A DNA stretch of 64,000 bases, taken from positions 55,838 to 119,837 of the forward strand of contig JBALDB010000031.1 in assembly GCA_036918135.1 (NCBI GenBank), given 5' to 3'. Of the stretch, positions 49,952 to 60,015 are shown piece by piece (position 1 is the stretch's first letter; each line of letters starts with the position of its first letter). This DNA is from Nostoc sp. (GTDB lineage: Bacteria; Cyanobacteriota; Cyanobacteriia; Cyanobacteriales; Nostocaceae). Both the position numbers and the translations under genes were made by a program. The notes below the pieces were generated by a model. That model was given only the letters and a program-made list of their open reading frames with translations. It was not told the DNA's origin and ran no database searches.

Positions 49952-50365
49952 TTAATCACTAATGACTATAGCCGCTTGATGTAAAATCAGACGATTACCA
50001 TCAGGGTCATAAGCATAAATTTCTCTACCATGGTCAGCAATGGAAATATTTCCTGGTGGGGGATAGCCCAAAGTGGTTAGGTGAGCGATCGCATCTTCCA
50101 AGTTACTCACCTCTAAACATAAACTTATCTTACTTTTGTTGTAGACACAAAGCGATGAGTCACCGGACATCACTTCAAATTCTGATTCATTTGTGTTCTT
50201 TGGTTTAAAAATACCCAATCGCATACTTGTCAAATGAAACTCAGCATAGACATTTGGAATCAAAGTAGCTGGCTTTTGCTCCAGCAATTTTGTATAAAAA
50301 TTCACTAAATTTTCATAATTAACAGATGCTATGGTGACAAATGCATCAATGCACGGAAAAACCAT
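49952..50365 (-). CDS. VOC/glyoxalase family protein
   Basis: NFYTKLL, ISLCLEV, GREIYAYDPDGNRLILHQ. Confidence 0.88.
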   Translation of the reverse strand: MVFPCIDAFVTIASVNYENLVNFYTKLLEQKPATLIPNVYAEFHLTSMRLGIFKPKNTNESEFEVMSGDSSLCVYNKSKISLCLEVSNLEDAIAHLTTLGYPPPGNISIADHGREIYAYDPDGNRLILHQAAIVISD

Positions 50366-50682
50366 ATTTGTCTAATGCGTAAGTAAATGTATTATAGTTC
50401 GATTTGGTTGATAATTTTATCTGCATAGCTGGGCAAGAGGCAGAAGGCAATAGGCATTTTTTCAAAAATCAAAGTAAAAGCACGCCCACTTTATTTGGTT
50501 GGAGATTCTTACGGCTTCATGCCAGAATCTATCAATCAAAAACCTCTTTATTGTCGCCTGTAATCTAACAATGAGTAAGTTCCAGAAGTATTATTTATTC
50601 TTAGATTAGAAATTATTAAGTCGCAGTTCATCTTACATACAGATAAAAAAATAGCCTATCACTTTGTCGTTGGATAACTGTT

Positions 50683-51525
50683 TTATTTTATAGCTTTTAC
50701 TCTTTCCAAACCAGTATAGATATTAAACCGTTCTCCACGCAGAAATCCAATTAAGGTAATTCCAAATTCCTTGGCGACAGACACCGCCAAACTGCTGGGA
50801 GCAGAAACAGAACAGACGATAGGAACTCCAGCAATTGTAGACTTTTGCAAAATTTCAAAACTAGAGCGTCCGCTGACTAAGACAATATGATTATTTAAAG
50901 GTAACTCGTTACTGAGAAATGCTGAACCAATCAATTTATCTAAAGCATTGTGACGCCCAACATCCTCGTGCAGATTTAATAATTGTCCTTGAAGGTCGAA
51001 GGTAGCCGCAGCATGTAAACCCCCTGTAGCCGTAAAGATACCTTGAGCAGCCCGGAGTTGCTGTGGTAGGCTGTAGATGATTTCAGGTGTTACTGTTACG
51101 CCAGCAGGAATCACTGGACATCCCCGCAGATGCAAAGCTTCAAGGCTAGCTTTACCGCATACCCCACAGGCGCTACTAATATAGAAATGACGCTCCAAAG
51201 GCTGTAAGTCAGGAATTAATCCATGCCGCAGTTCTACATTTACAATATTATGGCGCTGCTCGCCATCTATAGATTCATCTACACAGTAACTAATACGTTG
51301 GATATCTTCCCTACGGCTAACAACTCCTTCAGCATATAGAAAACCAGCAGCGAGTTCAAAATCTGCACCAGGTGTCCGCATGGTAACAGCTACTGTATTT
51401 CCCAAAGGGGCGAGGCGAATTTCTAACGGCTCCTCGGTAGTCAGATGGTCTGAACGCGATCGCATCTTACCATTTTCCACAATCGAAATTTGGGCTTTGG
51501 TTTTGCTACCAGTTTGTCTATTCAT
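50683..51525 (-). CDS. fdhD: Formate dehydrogenase accessory sulfurtransferase FdhD
   Basis: EEPLEI, TMRTPG, ACGVCG, TGGLHAA, EDVGRHNALDK. Confidence 0.95.
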   Translation of the reverse strand: MNRQTGSKTKAQISIVENGKMRSRSDHLTTEEPLEIRLAPLGNTVAVTMRTPGADFELAAGFLYAEGVVSRREDIQRISYCVDESIDGEQRHNIVNVELRHGLIPDLQPLERHFYISSACGVCGKASLEALHLRGCPVIPAGVTVTPEIIYSLPQQLRAAQGIFTATGGLHAAATFDLQGQLLNLHEDVGRHNALDKLIGSAFLSNELPLNNHIVLVSGRSSFEILQKSTIAGVPIVCSVSAPSSLAVSVAKEFGITLIGFLRGERFNIYTGLERVKAIK

Positions 51526-51528
51526 TAC

Positions 51529-52239
51529 CTATATATTTTCTGGATCTATATTTAATTCTCGCAATTTGGCTGCTAAGCGCTCCACTTTTTGTTTTTGTTG
51601 TTCGGCAAGTTGCGCCTGTTCGTTGGCACGTTGCGCCTGTTGTTCAACAGCTTCTTCAGGTGTGGGAATTAATTGTCCTTCTGGGGTAAAATAACGCAAT
51701 TTATTTTCATCAACACCCAAGTATAAACTTAGCTGTTGACTCCAGAATAATCCTTGAGGGTTGGGTTCTATAAGCTGATAAGTACCACCAACTAAGATAA
51801 ACCCAGCAAACTCTAAATTTTTCGGGTCAAACCAAAAGTATTCGGGAGTGCGAAAAATATCTTGGTAAATTTGCTTTTTTAGCCCTTTATCTATCGCTGC
51901 GGTGGAATCTGAAAGCAGTTCTATAATCAAATTGGGATATTTACCATATTCTTCCCAAACAACCCAACTATCACGCGGTTTGCGTTCAGTATCCAACACC
52001 ACAAAGAAATCCGGCCCCCGGAAGTCTTCAGATTTTCGTTGGCGTGGACTGTAATAAATTGTCAAATTCCCCGCACAAAAGAAATTATTCTGGTCGCGCC
52101 ACCACCAATCAAGGCATTTGATTAATAGCAGCATTTGCTGTAAATGTAAGTATGTTTCCAATGGCGGTTCGTTACTTTCTAAATCTCCTGGTGGAAATAT
52201 TACATCTTTTGGGTGTTCAAAATCTTTGGCGACAGACAT
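51529..52239 (-). CDS. Uma2-family putative endonuclease with coiled-coil tail
   Basis: SNEPPLET, GPDFFVV, IIELLSDST, PEYFWFDP, C-terminal RLAAKLRELNIDP. Confidence 0.92.
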   Translation of the reverse strand: MSVAKDFEHPKDVIFPPGDLESNEPPLETYLHLQQMLLLIKCLDWWWRDQNNFFCAGNLTIYYSPRQRKSEDFRGPDFFVVLDTERKPRDSWVVWEEYGKYPNLIIELLSDSTAAIDKGLKKQIYQDIFRTPEYFWFDPKNLEFAGFILVGGTYQLIEPNPQGLFWSQQLSLYLGVDENKLRYFTPEGQLIPTPEEAVEQQAQRANEQAQLAEQQKQKVERLAAKLRELNIDPENI

Positions 52240-52273
52240 GGCTGCAAGTCTTGGGGTGATATAAGTTTAGTGT

Positions 52274-52310
52274 AGCGATCGCATTATAATTTGACACACC
52301 TACAAGCGAT
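52274..52310. repeat. Degenerate direct-repeat copy of the fdhF 3' end (partner at 56495-56531)
   Basis: 31/37 nt identical by hand alignment, including the first 17 nt AGCGATCGCATTATAAT. Confidence 0.75.
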
Positions 52311-52490
52311 ATATTTCTTCAGCACAGCAACATTAGCCGAACTAAATTTTCTGCTATTCCTTTTTTGACGTTACACATCAGTGTGATGATTTGTCTGTTG
52401 TTTGTAGAATGGGCAAGATGCCCGTTCCTTGATTAAGCTTTGAATTCAAAACTTGGTGTTCTCAACTGAGAGTTTCGTGTTCTAGACAAA

Positions 52491-55400
52491 TTACGCTTGC
52501 ACCAGAAAATCTGATGCTGTCAGAGTTGGCGCACCAGTGAGGGTAGCAAATAGACCACCACTGCCAAAACCAGCCGCACTGCCATTTTCGTTGTAGAACA
52601 ACTCCCCAGTTACAGAGTTGTAAACAATTTTTGCTGTGCTGGTTCCGCCTAAATTAGTGACTTGAAAATCACTCTTCTTACTAAAACCTGTTCCCGCTGC
52701 AGAAGTAATTGCACTAAAGGTAGTCTTATCTAGGATAATGTTGTCACCTTGTAAGGGATTCAAGTCAGTAATGGTATCTTGACCAACAGCAGAACTGGCA
52801 AAGGCAGCATTGGTATTGTAAAGGAAAGAGTCAGCACCCGCACCACCGACGAGAGTATCATTGCCTGCACCACCAATAAGAGTATCATTGCCTGCATCAC
52901 CCCGTAGCAAGTCGTCACCACTTAAGCCGTCGATTTTGTCATTACCTCCCTGACCATTAATCACATCATTGGAGTTGTCAAAACCTGCAATTTTGTTGTT
53001 TAACTCGTTGAGGAATGTAACAGTGTTTTTGTTGAAAATGCTACCTTGAGTAGAATTGGCATCAATAACATCAATGCTGTTTCTAATGGTGGTCTCGCCA
53101 TCGAACTGGATATTGCCAATGTTACGCGATATTACTCTTGCAAACTCGTTATCCAGGTTTTCTAGTTGAAAGTTTTGCAGGGTAACTTTAGTGTTTGCAG
53201 CGTTCTCAAAGGTGACTTCCAAGTTGTTGCGATTTTGAGTTAGTTGCAGATTCCGAGCAGTCAAGCCAGTACCAATAAATTGTAAAGTATCAAAATTTTC
53301 AGCTACCACCTCCGATGGATCGTACCCAGTACCCACACCGTCAAAATTGGTGATAATGTCATTGCCATCGCCTAGTCGGACTACAAACGTAGTGTTACCA
53401 GAACTACCAGCAACTAAAGTATCATTACCAGTACCGCCGATTAGAGTATCATTGTAATATCTACTGCCCCGCAACAGGTCGTCGCCGCTCTTGCCATCGA
53501 TGGTATTGGAACCCCCTACACTATTAATTACATCGTTCGAGTTGTCAAAACCCGTGATATTCCTGGAGTAGGCATTGATGAAGGTGACGGTGTTTTCTTT
53601 GAGAATGCTAGTCTGATAAAAATCGGCATTAATCACATCAAAGCTATCGGTAATGCTAGTTTCCCCGTCAAACTGGATATTGCCGAGGGTTCCTAGTGAA
53701 GGATTTGCTGGGTTATCCAAGTTTTCTAATTTGAAGTTTTGCAAACTGACTTTGGTAGAAGCTACATTTTCAAAGGTAATTTCCAAGTAGCTGTAATTTT
53801 GCAAGTAGTCGTAATTTTCATTTAACAGCAGATTTCGAGCAGTCAAGCCAGCACCAATAAATTGCAAAGTATCAATATTGCCCACACCGCCAAAATCAGT
53901 AATGATGTCATTGCCATCGCCTAGTCGGACTATAAAAGTATCATTACCAGTACCACCAACAAGAGTATCATTCCCTTCTCCACCAACTAAAGTATCATTA
54001 CCAGTACCACCTCTGAGCAGGTCGTCGCCACTCTTACTGTCAATGATGTCGTCACCCCCTTGACCATTAATTACATCATTGGAGTTGTTAAAACCTGCGA
54101 TGTTATTGTTTAAGTCATTGAGGAAGGTGACGGTGTTCTTGTTGAAAATGCTACTTTGAGTGGAGTTAGCATTAATTACATCGAAGCTGTCACTAATTTG
54201 AGCTTGTCCGTCAAACAGGATATTGCCTAGTACTCCTCGTGAAGGAGTTGCTGGTAGGTTATCCAGGTTTTCTGATTTGAAGTTTTGCAGAGTGACTTTG
54301 GTAGAAGCTACATTTTCAAAGGTGACTTCTAAGTTGTTACCAATTTGAGTTAATTGCAAATTTCGAGCAGTCAAGCCAGCACCGATAAATTCTAAAGTGT
54401 CAACATTGTCAATCACAGCTGCCGATGGATTTGACCCAGTGCCTACACCACCAAAATCAGTAATGATGTCATTACCATTGCCAGAGCGAAAGACAAACTT
54501 ATCTTGACCGCCGTTACCAGTCAAGGTATCGATACCAGCTAATCCATCGATAATGTTGTTGCCAACTGTGCCCACAAGAGTATCTGCATCAAGAGTTCCT
54601 GTCAAGTTAAGGATATCTGTACTGCCTACATTCGTCCCACCAAATAAAACATAGCTTTGTCCAGCCCAAGTGTTGCCGTTAGGGGAGGCAAAAAATGCCC
54701 CAATAATCACATCATCAACGCCATCGTTGTTGATGTCCCCCGCATCACTCACCGACCAGCCTATTTCGTCACCAGGAGCAATACCGTTAATAGCAAAGCC
54801 GTTGATGCCATTGAGGTCAGAGAGGTTGAGAGTACCGCCACTGCCTACATTTGTTCCCCCAAACACTACATAACTTTGCCCAGAATCATTTATGCCGTTG
54901 GGGGAGGCATTAGGTGCCCCAATAATCAGGTCGTCAAAGCCGTCATTGTTAAGGTCTCCTATATTGCTGACCGAGAGGCCTGAACGACCAGCAATGCCTT
55001 TAATAGTGAAACCATTAGTGCCATCAAGCGATGAAACATTAAAGTTACCACTATTGCCTACATTTGTCCCGCCAAACACCACATAGCTTTGCCCAACGCT
55101 ACCGAAGTCACCTGCTGCCCCAATAATCAGGTCGTCGATCCCATCACCGTTAATGTCCCCTGCACTGCTGACGGAAAAGCCTGCGTATTCAACAGCACTA
55201 ATACCGTTAATAGCGAAACCATTAGTGCCATTGAGGGACGAGAGGTTAAAGTTACCGCTACTGCCTACATTTGTCCCCCCAAACACTACATAGGTTTGCA
55301 CCGTACCTTGTCCTGTGTTGGGGTAGGGAATAAATTCTGCAAAAATCAGGTCGTCAATGCCATCGTTGTTAATGTCTCCGACTTTATTGCCGAATGGGGC

Positions 55401-56072
55401 GTCAATTAAAAAGCCATTGGTACTATTTGGAGACGAGAGGTCGAGAATGCCGCTACTGCCTACATTTGCTCCCCCAAACACCACATAGCTTTGCCCAGCG
55501 TCATATTGCCAAACAATCAGATCGTCAATGCCATCGTTATTAATGTCACCTGCATCGTTCCCGAAGCCAAAGTTGGTAATTAAAAAGCCATTAGTGCCAT
55601 TTAGGGAAGAGACATTGAGGGTGCCGCTACTACCAACATTTGTCCCTCCAAACACTACATAGCTTTGACCAATATATTTATTATCCTTCACGAAGGCAGT
55701 AGGTGCGCCAATAATCAGGTCATCAATGCCATCATTATTGATGTCCCCCGCATAGCTGACGGAACTGCCTGAGCGTTCAAACTCACCAATGCCGTTAATC
55801 GCAAAGCCATTAGTACCATTCAGAGAAGAAGGGTTGAGAAAGCCACTATTGGCTACATTCTTACCCCCAAATACCACGTAGCTTTGCCCAGCAAAAGTTA
55901 TGCCGTTGGAGTAGACATCAGGTGCGCCAATAATCAGGTCGTCGATGCCATCGTTGTTAATGTCTCCTGCATAGCTGACGGAACTGCCTAAGTTATCACC
56001 AGGAGCAATACCGTTGATGATGAAGCCATTGCTACCATTGAGGTCAAAGAGATTGAATGATGAATTGGACAT
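52491..56072 (-). CDS. FG-GAP (integrin-alpha propeller) plus RTX calcium-binding repeat protein
   Basis: Seven GDINNDGIDDLIIGA-type repeats; three copies of a TLxFIGxGLTARNL…NTVTF module; GGxGxDxL nonapeptides; no N-terminal signal peptide. Confidence 0.9.
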   Translation of the reverse strand: MSNSSFNLFDLNGSNGFIINGIAPGDNLGSSVSYAGDINNDGIDDLIIGAPDVYSNGITFAGQSYVVFGGKNVANSGFLNPSSLNGTNGFAINGIGEFERSGSSVSYAGDINNDGIDDLIIGAPTAFVKDNKYIGQSYVVFGGTNVGSSGTLNVSSLNGTNGFLITNFGFGNDAGDINNDGIDDLIVWQYDAGQSYVVFGGANVGSSGILDLSSPNSTNGFLIDAPFGNKVGDINNDGIDDLIFAEFIPYPNTGQGTVQTYVVFGGTNVGSSGNFNLSSLNGTNGFAINGISAVEYAGFSVSSAGDINGDGIDDLIIGAAGDFGSVGQSYVVFGGTNVGNSGNFNVSSLDGTNGFTIKGIAGRSGLSVSNIGDLNNDGFDDLIIGAPNASPNGINDSGQSYVVFGGTNVGSGGTLNLSDLNGINGFAINGIAPGDEIGWSVSDAGDINNDGVDDVIIGAFFASPNGNTWAGQSYVLFGGTNVGSTDILNLTGTLDADTLVGTVGNNIIDGLAGIDTLTGNGGQDKFVFRSGNGNDIITDFGGVGTGSNPSAAVIDNVDTLEFIGAGLTARNLQLTQIGNNLEVTFENVASTKVTLQNFKSENLDNLPATPSRGVLGNILFDGQAQISDSFDVINANSTQSSIFNKNTVTFLNDLNNNIAGFNNSNDVINGQGGDDIIDSKSGDDLLRGGTGNDTLVGGEGNDTLVGGTGNDTFIVRLGDGNDIITDFGGVGNIDTLQFIGAGLTARNLLLNENYDYLQNYSYLEITFENVASTKVSLQNFKLENLDNPANPSLGTLGNIQFDGETSITDSFDVINADFYQTSILKENTVTFINAYSRNITGFDNSNDVINSVGGSNTIDGKSGDDLLRGSRYYNDTLIGGTGNDTLVAGSSGNTTFVVRLGDGNDIITNFDGVGTGYDPSEVVAENFDTLQFIGTGLTARNLQLTQNRNNLEVTFENAANTKVTLQNFQLENLDNEFARVISRNIGNIQFDGETTIRNSIDVIDANSTQGSIFNKNTVTFLNELNNKIAGFDNSNDVINGQGGNDKIDGLSGDDLLRGDAGNDTLIGGAGNDTLVGGAGADSFLYNTNAAFASSAVGQDTITDLNPLQGDNIILDKTTFSAITSAAGTGFSKKSDFQVTNLGGTSTAKIVYNSVTGELFYNENGSAAGFGSGGLFATLTGAPTLTASDFLVQA

Positions 56073-56476
56073 GATTTTCTCGTGTGTTTATTGTGATTGA
56101 GGGAGTAGTGAGTGGTGTAGTTAAGTGAACGTATCTGCACTTACCTTCTCAGATGCAACTCTGCTGCCAGCTTTAACTCACTGAGTCAATCTACCTACCA
56201 TCGCCAAACCATTCATTAGATAAATGATGGCGATTTTTCGATTTCGGCTAGCGAAGTGATTTTACTTTGGACACTAAAAAATACTTTGATATGCGTAAAA
56301 ACATTTAAATGTTCTGATGAATATTTAAGTATTGTCAATAGACCAAGTGTAGTTATGGTAAAGCTAGAGTGAATTTTATCAGGTGCTAAATAAAGTTTTG
56401 ACGATGCACCCTTGAATTCATTAATTACAACAACTGTCAAGTATCATGAGTGCGCTCGCTGTGAATAATCAGAAAT

Positions 56477-58699
56477 TTAAATTTTTTCTAGCCAAGCGAT
56501 CGCATTATAATCAGGAACACCTTCGAGCGATCGCTTAGTTTTATCTAATAATACATTTCCTTCCGGCCAATGTACTTGTAAGTTGCCTGATTGAATGGGT
56601 GCAATGTAAACTTGCCCTGGCAATTCGCCTAACTTATTTTTCACAATTATTCGATCCCCATCTTTTAAATCCAACTTTGCTGCATCAGAGGCATTCATTA
56701 ACACTGCCTCTCGTACTGCCCCAGTAATTGCATCTCTGCGTTCCTGCACCATACTATTAAATTGTTTACCCCGGCGGGTTGCTACTGAAAAACAGCCCTC
56801 TGGTAATTCTCTGTGTGGTGGTAATAATACTCCGAAATGTGCCTTCCCGTCCGGTGTGGGAAAGTTCCAGCCAAAGCACAAATGTGAGCCGCCATATTGA
56901 AACTGGTCACCCGCTTGTTGTAAGTGTTGAATACCAGCATACAGCGGGACAACTTGAGCAATTTCTTGGCGAATTGCAGATGTATCGGCAAAAGTCAATT
57001 TGTCTGCTAAATCTGGTTTGACGCGTCTGGCTAATTCTAGAAATACTACCCACTCTGGACGCGCTTCGCCGATACGCTGCCCTGGAATTTCTGGACTAAA
57101 AATTACCCGGCGTTCGGTGTTAGTTTCTGTGACTCCCCCTGGTATTTCGTAGCGAGTTGTTGCAGGTAAAAGCACTACAGTATCAGCGGGTTCCACCAAC
57201 ATCTGACTGGAGAGAATAATATCCATATGCACTCGCAACGGTATTTGCTTGAGGGCACTTTCCACGTAATCTGGTTCTGGGAGTACTTCTAGAAAATTTC
57301 CTCCTACAGAAAATAAAACATCTAATTGCCCCTGATGTGCGGCGTTAATCATCTCTGGAGCAATTAAACCTTTAGTTGTTGGCACCTCAAAGCCCCAATG
57401 TTGACTCAATTGGGCAGCATTTTCTGAGGTAATAGCTTTACCGCCAGGAAATACTGTGGCATAACATCCCATTTCTGCACCACCTTGCACCCCAGAATGA
57501 CCGCGAATTGGCATTAAACCGCAGCCTTCCCGACCGACAAAACCTTTGGTAAGAGCTAGGTTAATGATACTTCGCACGTTGTCTTCACCGCACTCATGCT
57601 GAGTAATGCCCATACTCCAAACAAATACCGCTTTGTTGGCTTCCCCGACCATTTTGGCAAAGGCGTACATTTCCTCACGAGATGCGCCGGAAAGCCGCTC
57701 TAATTCTTCCCAAGACTGGCTTTCTAAGGATGCCTGAAGTTCTGCAAAGCCAGCAGTGTAGCGGTCAATAAATGACTGGTCTACCCAGTTGTTGGCAATT
57801 AGATGTTTAATTGTGCCATTTAAAAATGCTATATCTCCGTTCATATTTATTAAAAAGAAGTCTTCGGCAAACTTGGTGCCGAACAAGGCACTTTCTACAA
57901 TTGACGGCACCCAATAACGCTCCATTCCTGGTTCGCGATAGGTGTTAATCACTACAATCTTAGTGCCAGCTTTTTTAGCATAATGCAGATATTTAACGGT
58001 AACAGGCTGATTATTGGCAACGTTGGAGCCAATGAAGACTAATAAATCAGTACCAATCCAGTCTTTATAAGAACAAGTAGTAGCTGCTGCGCCGAGAGCA
58101 GCTTTCAAACCCGCTGTGCTGGGAGAATGACAAATACGGGCAGCGTTATCTATATTATTGCTTCCCATTGCTCGCACGGCTTTTTGCGTAGCATAATAAG
58201 TTTCGTTGACAGTACCACGACTGGTAACATAAAAGCTAAGGCGGTCTGGTGTGGTGGTACGAATGCGACTAGCAACTACTTCTAAGGCTTCATCCCAGTT
58301 CACACGGCGAAAGCCTTTTTCGCCACGTTGACGAATCATTGGATAAGCAAGTCTTCCCAAGTCTCGTAATTGGGCACTTTTTTGCTTCTGCAACTGCGAG
58401 ACATCCTCTAGTAGCATGGGGTCAAAAGCTGGCATAGTATTCATCCGCAACAATCGCAACCGGACATTGCACAGATGAATGCCATCTACAGTCCAATCTT
58501 TCATGCCGGTTGTTCCGAGAGCGCAACCATCGCAGACACCCTTGTTTAGGATATTCCACGCGTAGGGTAGTTGGTCACGAGAAAGCCAAATTGCCCGAAA
58601 TACTTCCCAGTAGTTATTCGGGTACTGTTCGCCAATGCCAAAGGGCTTCCAACTTGCCCAGTGCTGGGGTGTCCAAAATTTCTTCGGTTTCGGCAACAT
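56477..58699 (-). CDS. FdhF/YdeP-family molybdopterin oxidoreductase
   Basis: CDGCA, TSRG, ARICHSPS, WSMGITQH, PIRGHSGVQG, TRRGKQFNS. ATG 58699 preferred over 58786. Confidence 0.9.
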   Translation of the reverse strand: MLPKPKKFWTPQHWASWKPFGIGEQYPNNYWEVFRAIWLSRDQLPYAWNILNKGVCDGCALGTTGMKDWTVDGIHLCNVRLRLLRMNTMPAFDPMLLEDVSQLQKQKSAQLRDLGRLAYPMIRQRGEKGFRRVNWDEALEVVASRIRTTTPDRLSFYVTSRGTVNETYYATQKAVRAMGSNNIDNAARICHSPSTAGLKAALGAAATTCSYKDWIGTDLLVFIGSNVANNQPVTVKYLHYAKKAGTKIVVINTYREPGMERYWVPSIVESALFGTKFAEDFFLINMNGDIAFLNGTIKHLIANNWVDQSFIDRYTAGFAELQASLESQSWEELERLSGASREEMYAFAKMVGEANKAVFVWSMGITQHECGEDNVRSIINLALTKGFVGREGCGLMPIRGHSGVQGGAEMGCYATVFPGGKAITSENAAQLSQHWGFEVPTTKGLIAPEMINAAHQGQLDVLFSVGGNFLEVLPEPDYVESALKQIPLRVHMDIILSSQMLVEPADTVVLLPATTRYEIPGGVTETNTERRVIFSPEIPGQRIGEARPEWVVFLELARRVKPDLADKLTFADTSAIRQEIAQVVPLYAGIQHLQQAGDQFQYGGSHLCFGWNFPTPDGKAHFGVLLPPHRELPEGCFSVATRRGKQFNSMVQERRDAITGAVREAVLMNASDAAKLDLKDGDRIIVKNKLGELPGQVYIAPIQSGNLQVHWPEGNVLLDKTKRSLEGVPDYNAIAWLEKI

Positions 58700-58770
58700 G
58701 ACGCGTATAAATGAGTGTGTTGGGGATTCTTCTAGGCTAGCGCTTAAGTAGCATTTAAGTAGCCAGTTAA

Positions 58771-59940
58771 TTAAAAATCCGGACATTCAGCGCTGACGAT
58801 TTCCGGGTGGCAATAGTAAGTTAATACCGTTTCCACAGTATCGCCAATCCAAAGGGCGACTTTATCGGGCGATACCCCAGAGCTGATTGCCCAGGTAGCG
58901 AATGTGTGACGTGTGGCATATGGTTTGAGATAGGGTATCTTCCCCAATTGAGCCAATTCTTTAACCAGTCCGGGGTACTTGAAACTGCCAGACCTCCACT
59001 CGCTCCAAAAAGCAAACATAATGCCGCTGGTCATTGGGCGGCCTGTTTTACTTAAGAAAACTAAATCGTGCTGCTGGTATTGTGCCGGGCAGATATCCAA
59101 AAGTAACTTTTGCAGCCTCGAACCATTTTGACACGGGAACATCCGCTTTTTACCGTTTTTAGTGCCTTTGTGGATGCGGTGAGTGTTGCACGATTTATTA
59201 ATGTAAATTCGGCAGCGGTTGGCGCTGATGTCGTCCCAGGTGAGGGCAAAAGCTTCGCCAGGACGACAGCCAGTCCAAAACAGAAATTTCACTAAAGGAG
59301 CGTAGTGAGCGTACAATGAATGCTCCTCAAAGGTTTGAATAATCAAGTCCCGTTGTTCGAGGGTGAATGCTTTGTAGTAATCGCTGGTGGATTTGTTTTT
59401 AGGTTTGGGAATTTTGAGTTTAAAAAATGGGTTGCGTTCAATGAACCCGGAATCATAAGACCAATCGCAGCAGCGACTCAAGCAGTTTAAAGTCTCCCAC
59501 GCCATATAATGGGTGAGGTTTGCTAAAATCCAATCTCGAATTTGCACTGCATCTTCTGGTAATTGACTGGGTAACCGCTTAATATAATTAGCCATTGAGC
59601 GGTATTTGGCTAAAATTGTGGTTTGTTCGACTTGGCTAGTTTTGAATTGGGTGAATCGCTCCCAAAGCTCTTGTAAGGTGCAAGGAGATTCAATTTCTTT
59701 TGCTAGTGTCGCTACTTCTCTAGCAAATGGATACTGGTAGCTTTTGAGCGACGAGTCAAACCGATTTAAGGCGATATCGGTGGCGATTGCGTCTCTCTTC
59801 AATCTCACAATGTCACGATTCCGCTTGGTATCCTTTAACCCAATACTGATAAAAAATTGTTTTGGAAATCCTTTCACCCAGAAACGAAGCACTAGTTTCT
59901 TTGTTCGCGGATCTGAACTAATCCATTTATCCTCATTCAT
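58771..59940 (-). CDS. Tyrosine recombinase/integrase with N-terminal arm-binding domain
   Basis: TGCRPGE (R), TKNG (K), YATRHT and TYY (Y) catalytic positions; N-terminal ISIGLKDTKRN…IATDI…FDSSL. Confidence 0.92.
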   Translation of the reverse strand: MNEDKWISSDPRTKKLVLRFWVKGFPKQFFISIGLKDTKRNRDIVRLKRDAIATDIALNRFDSSLKSYQYPFAREVATLAKEIESPCTLQELWERFTQFKTSQVEQTTILAKYRSMANYIKRLPSQLPEDAVQIRDWILANLTHYMAWETLNCLSRCCDWSYDSGFIERNPFFKLKIPKPKNKSTSDYYKAFTLEQRDLIIQTFEEHSLYAHYAPLVKFLFWTGCRPGEAFALTWDDISANRCRIYINKSCNTHRIHKGTKNGKKRMFPCQNGSRLQKLLLDICPAQYQQHDLVFLSKTGRPMTSGIMFAFWSEWRSGSFKYPGLVKELAQLGKIPYLKPYATRHTFATWAISSGVSPDKVALWIGDTVETVLTYYCHPEIVSAECPDF

Positions 59941-60015
59941 TTTCTACATCTTCAAAAGTTAAATAAATTCGGTTCATCTTGGATTTGGTGCGGGAAAGTT
60001 AATATTTGGCAGGCT

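Noticed and set aside
58771..59940. Naming the integrase xisA or xisC
   Set aside because: The N-terminus and motifs look like the arm-binding cyanobacterial integrase family, and no nif or hup gene is adjacent.
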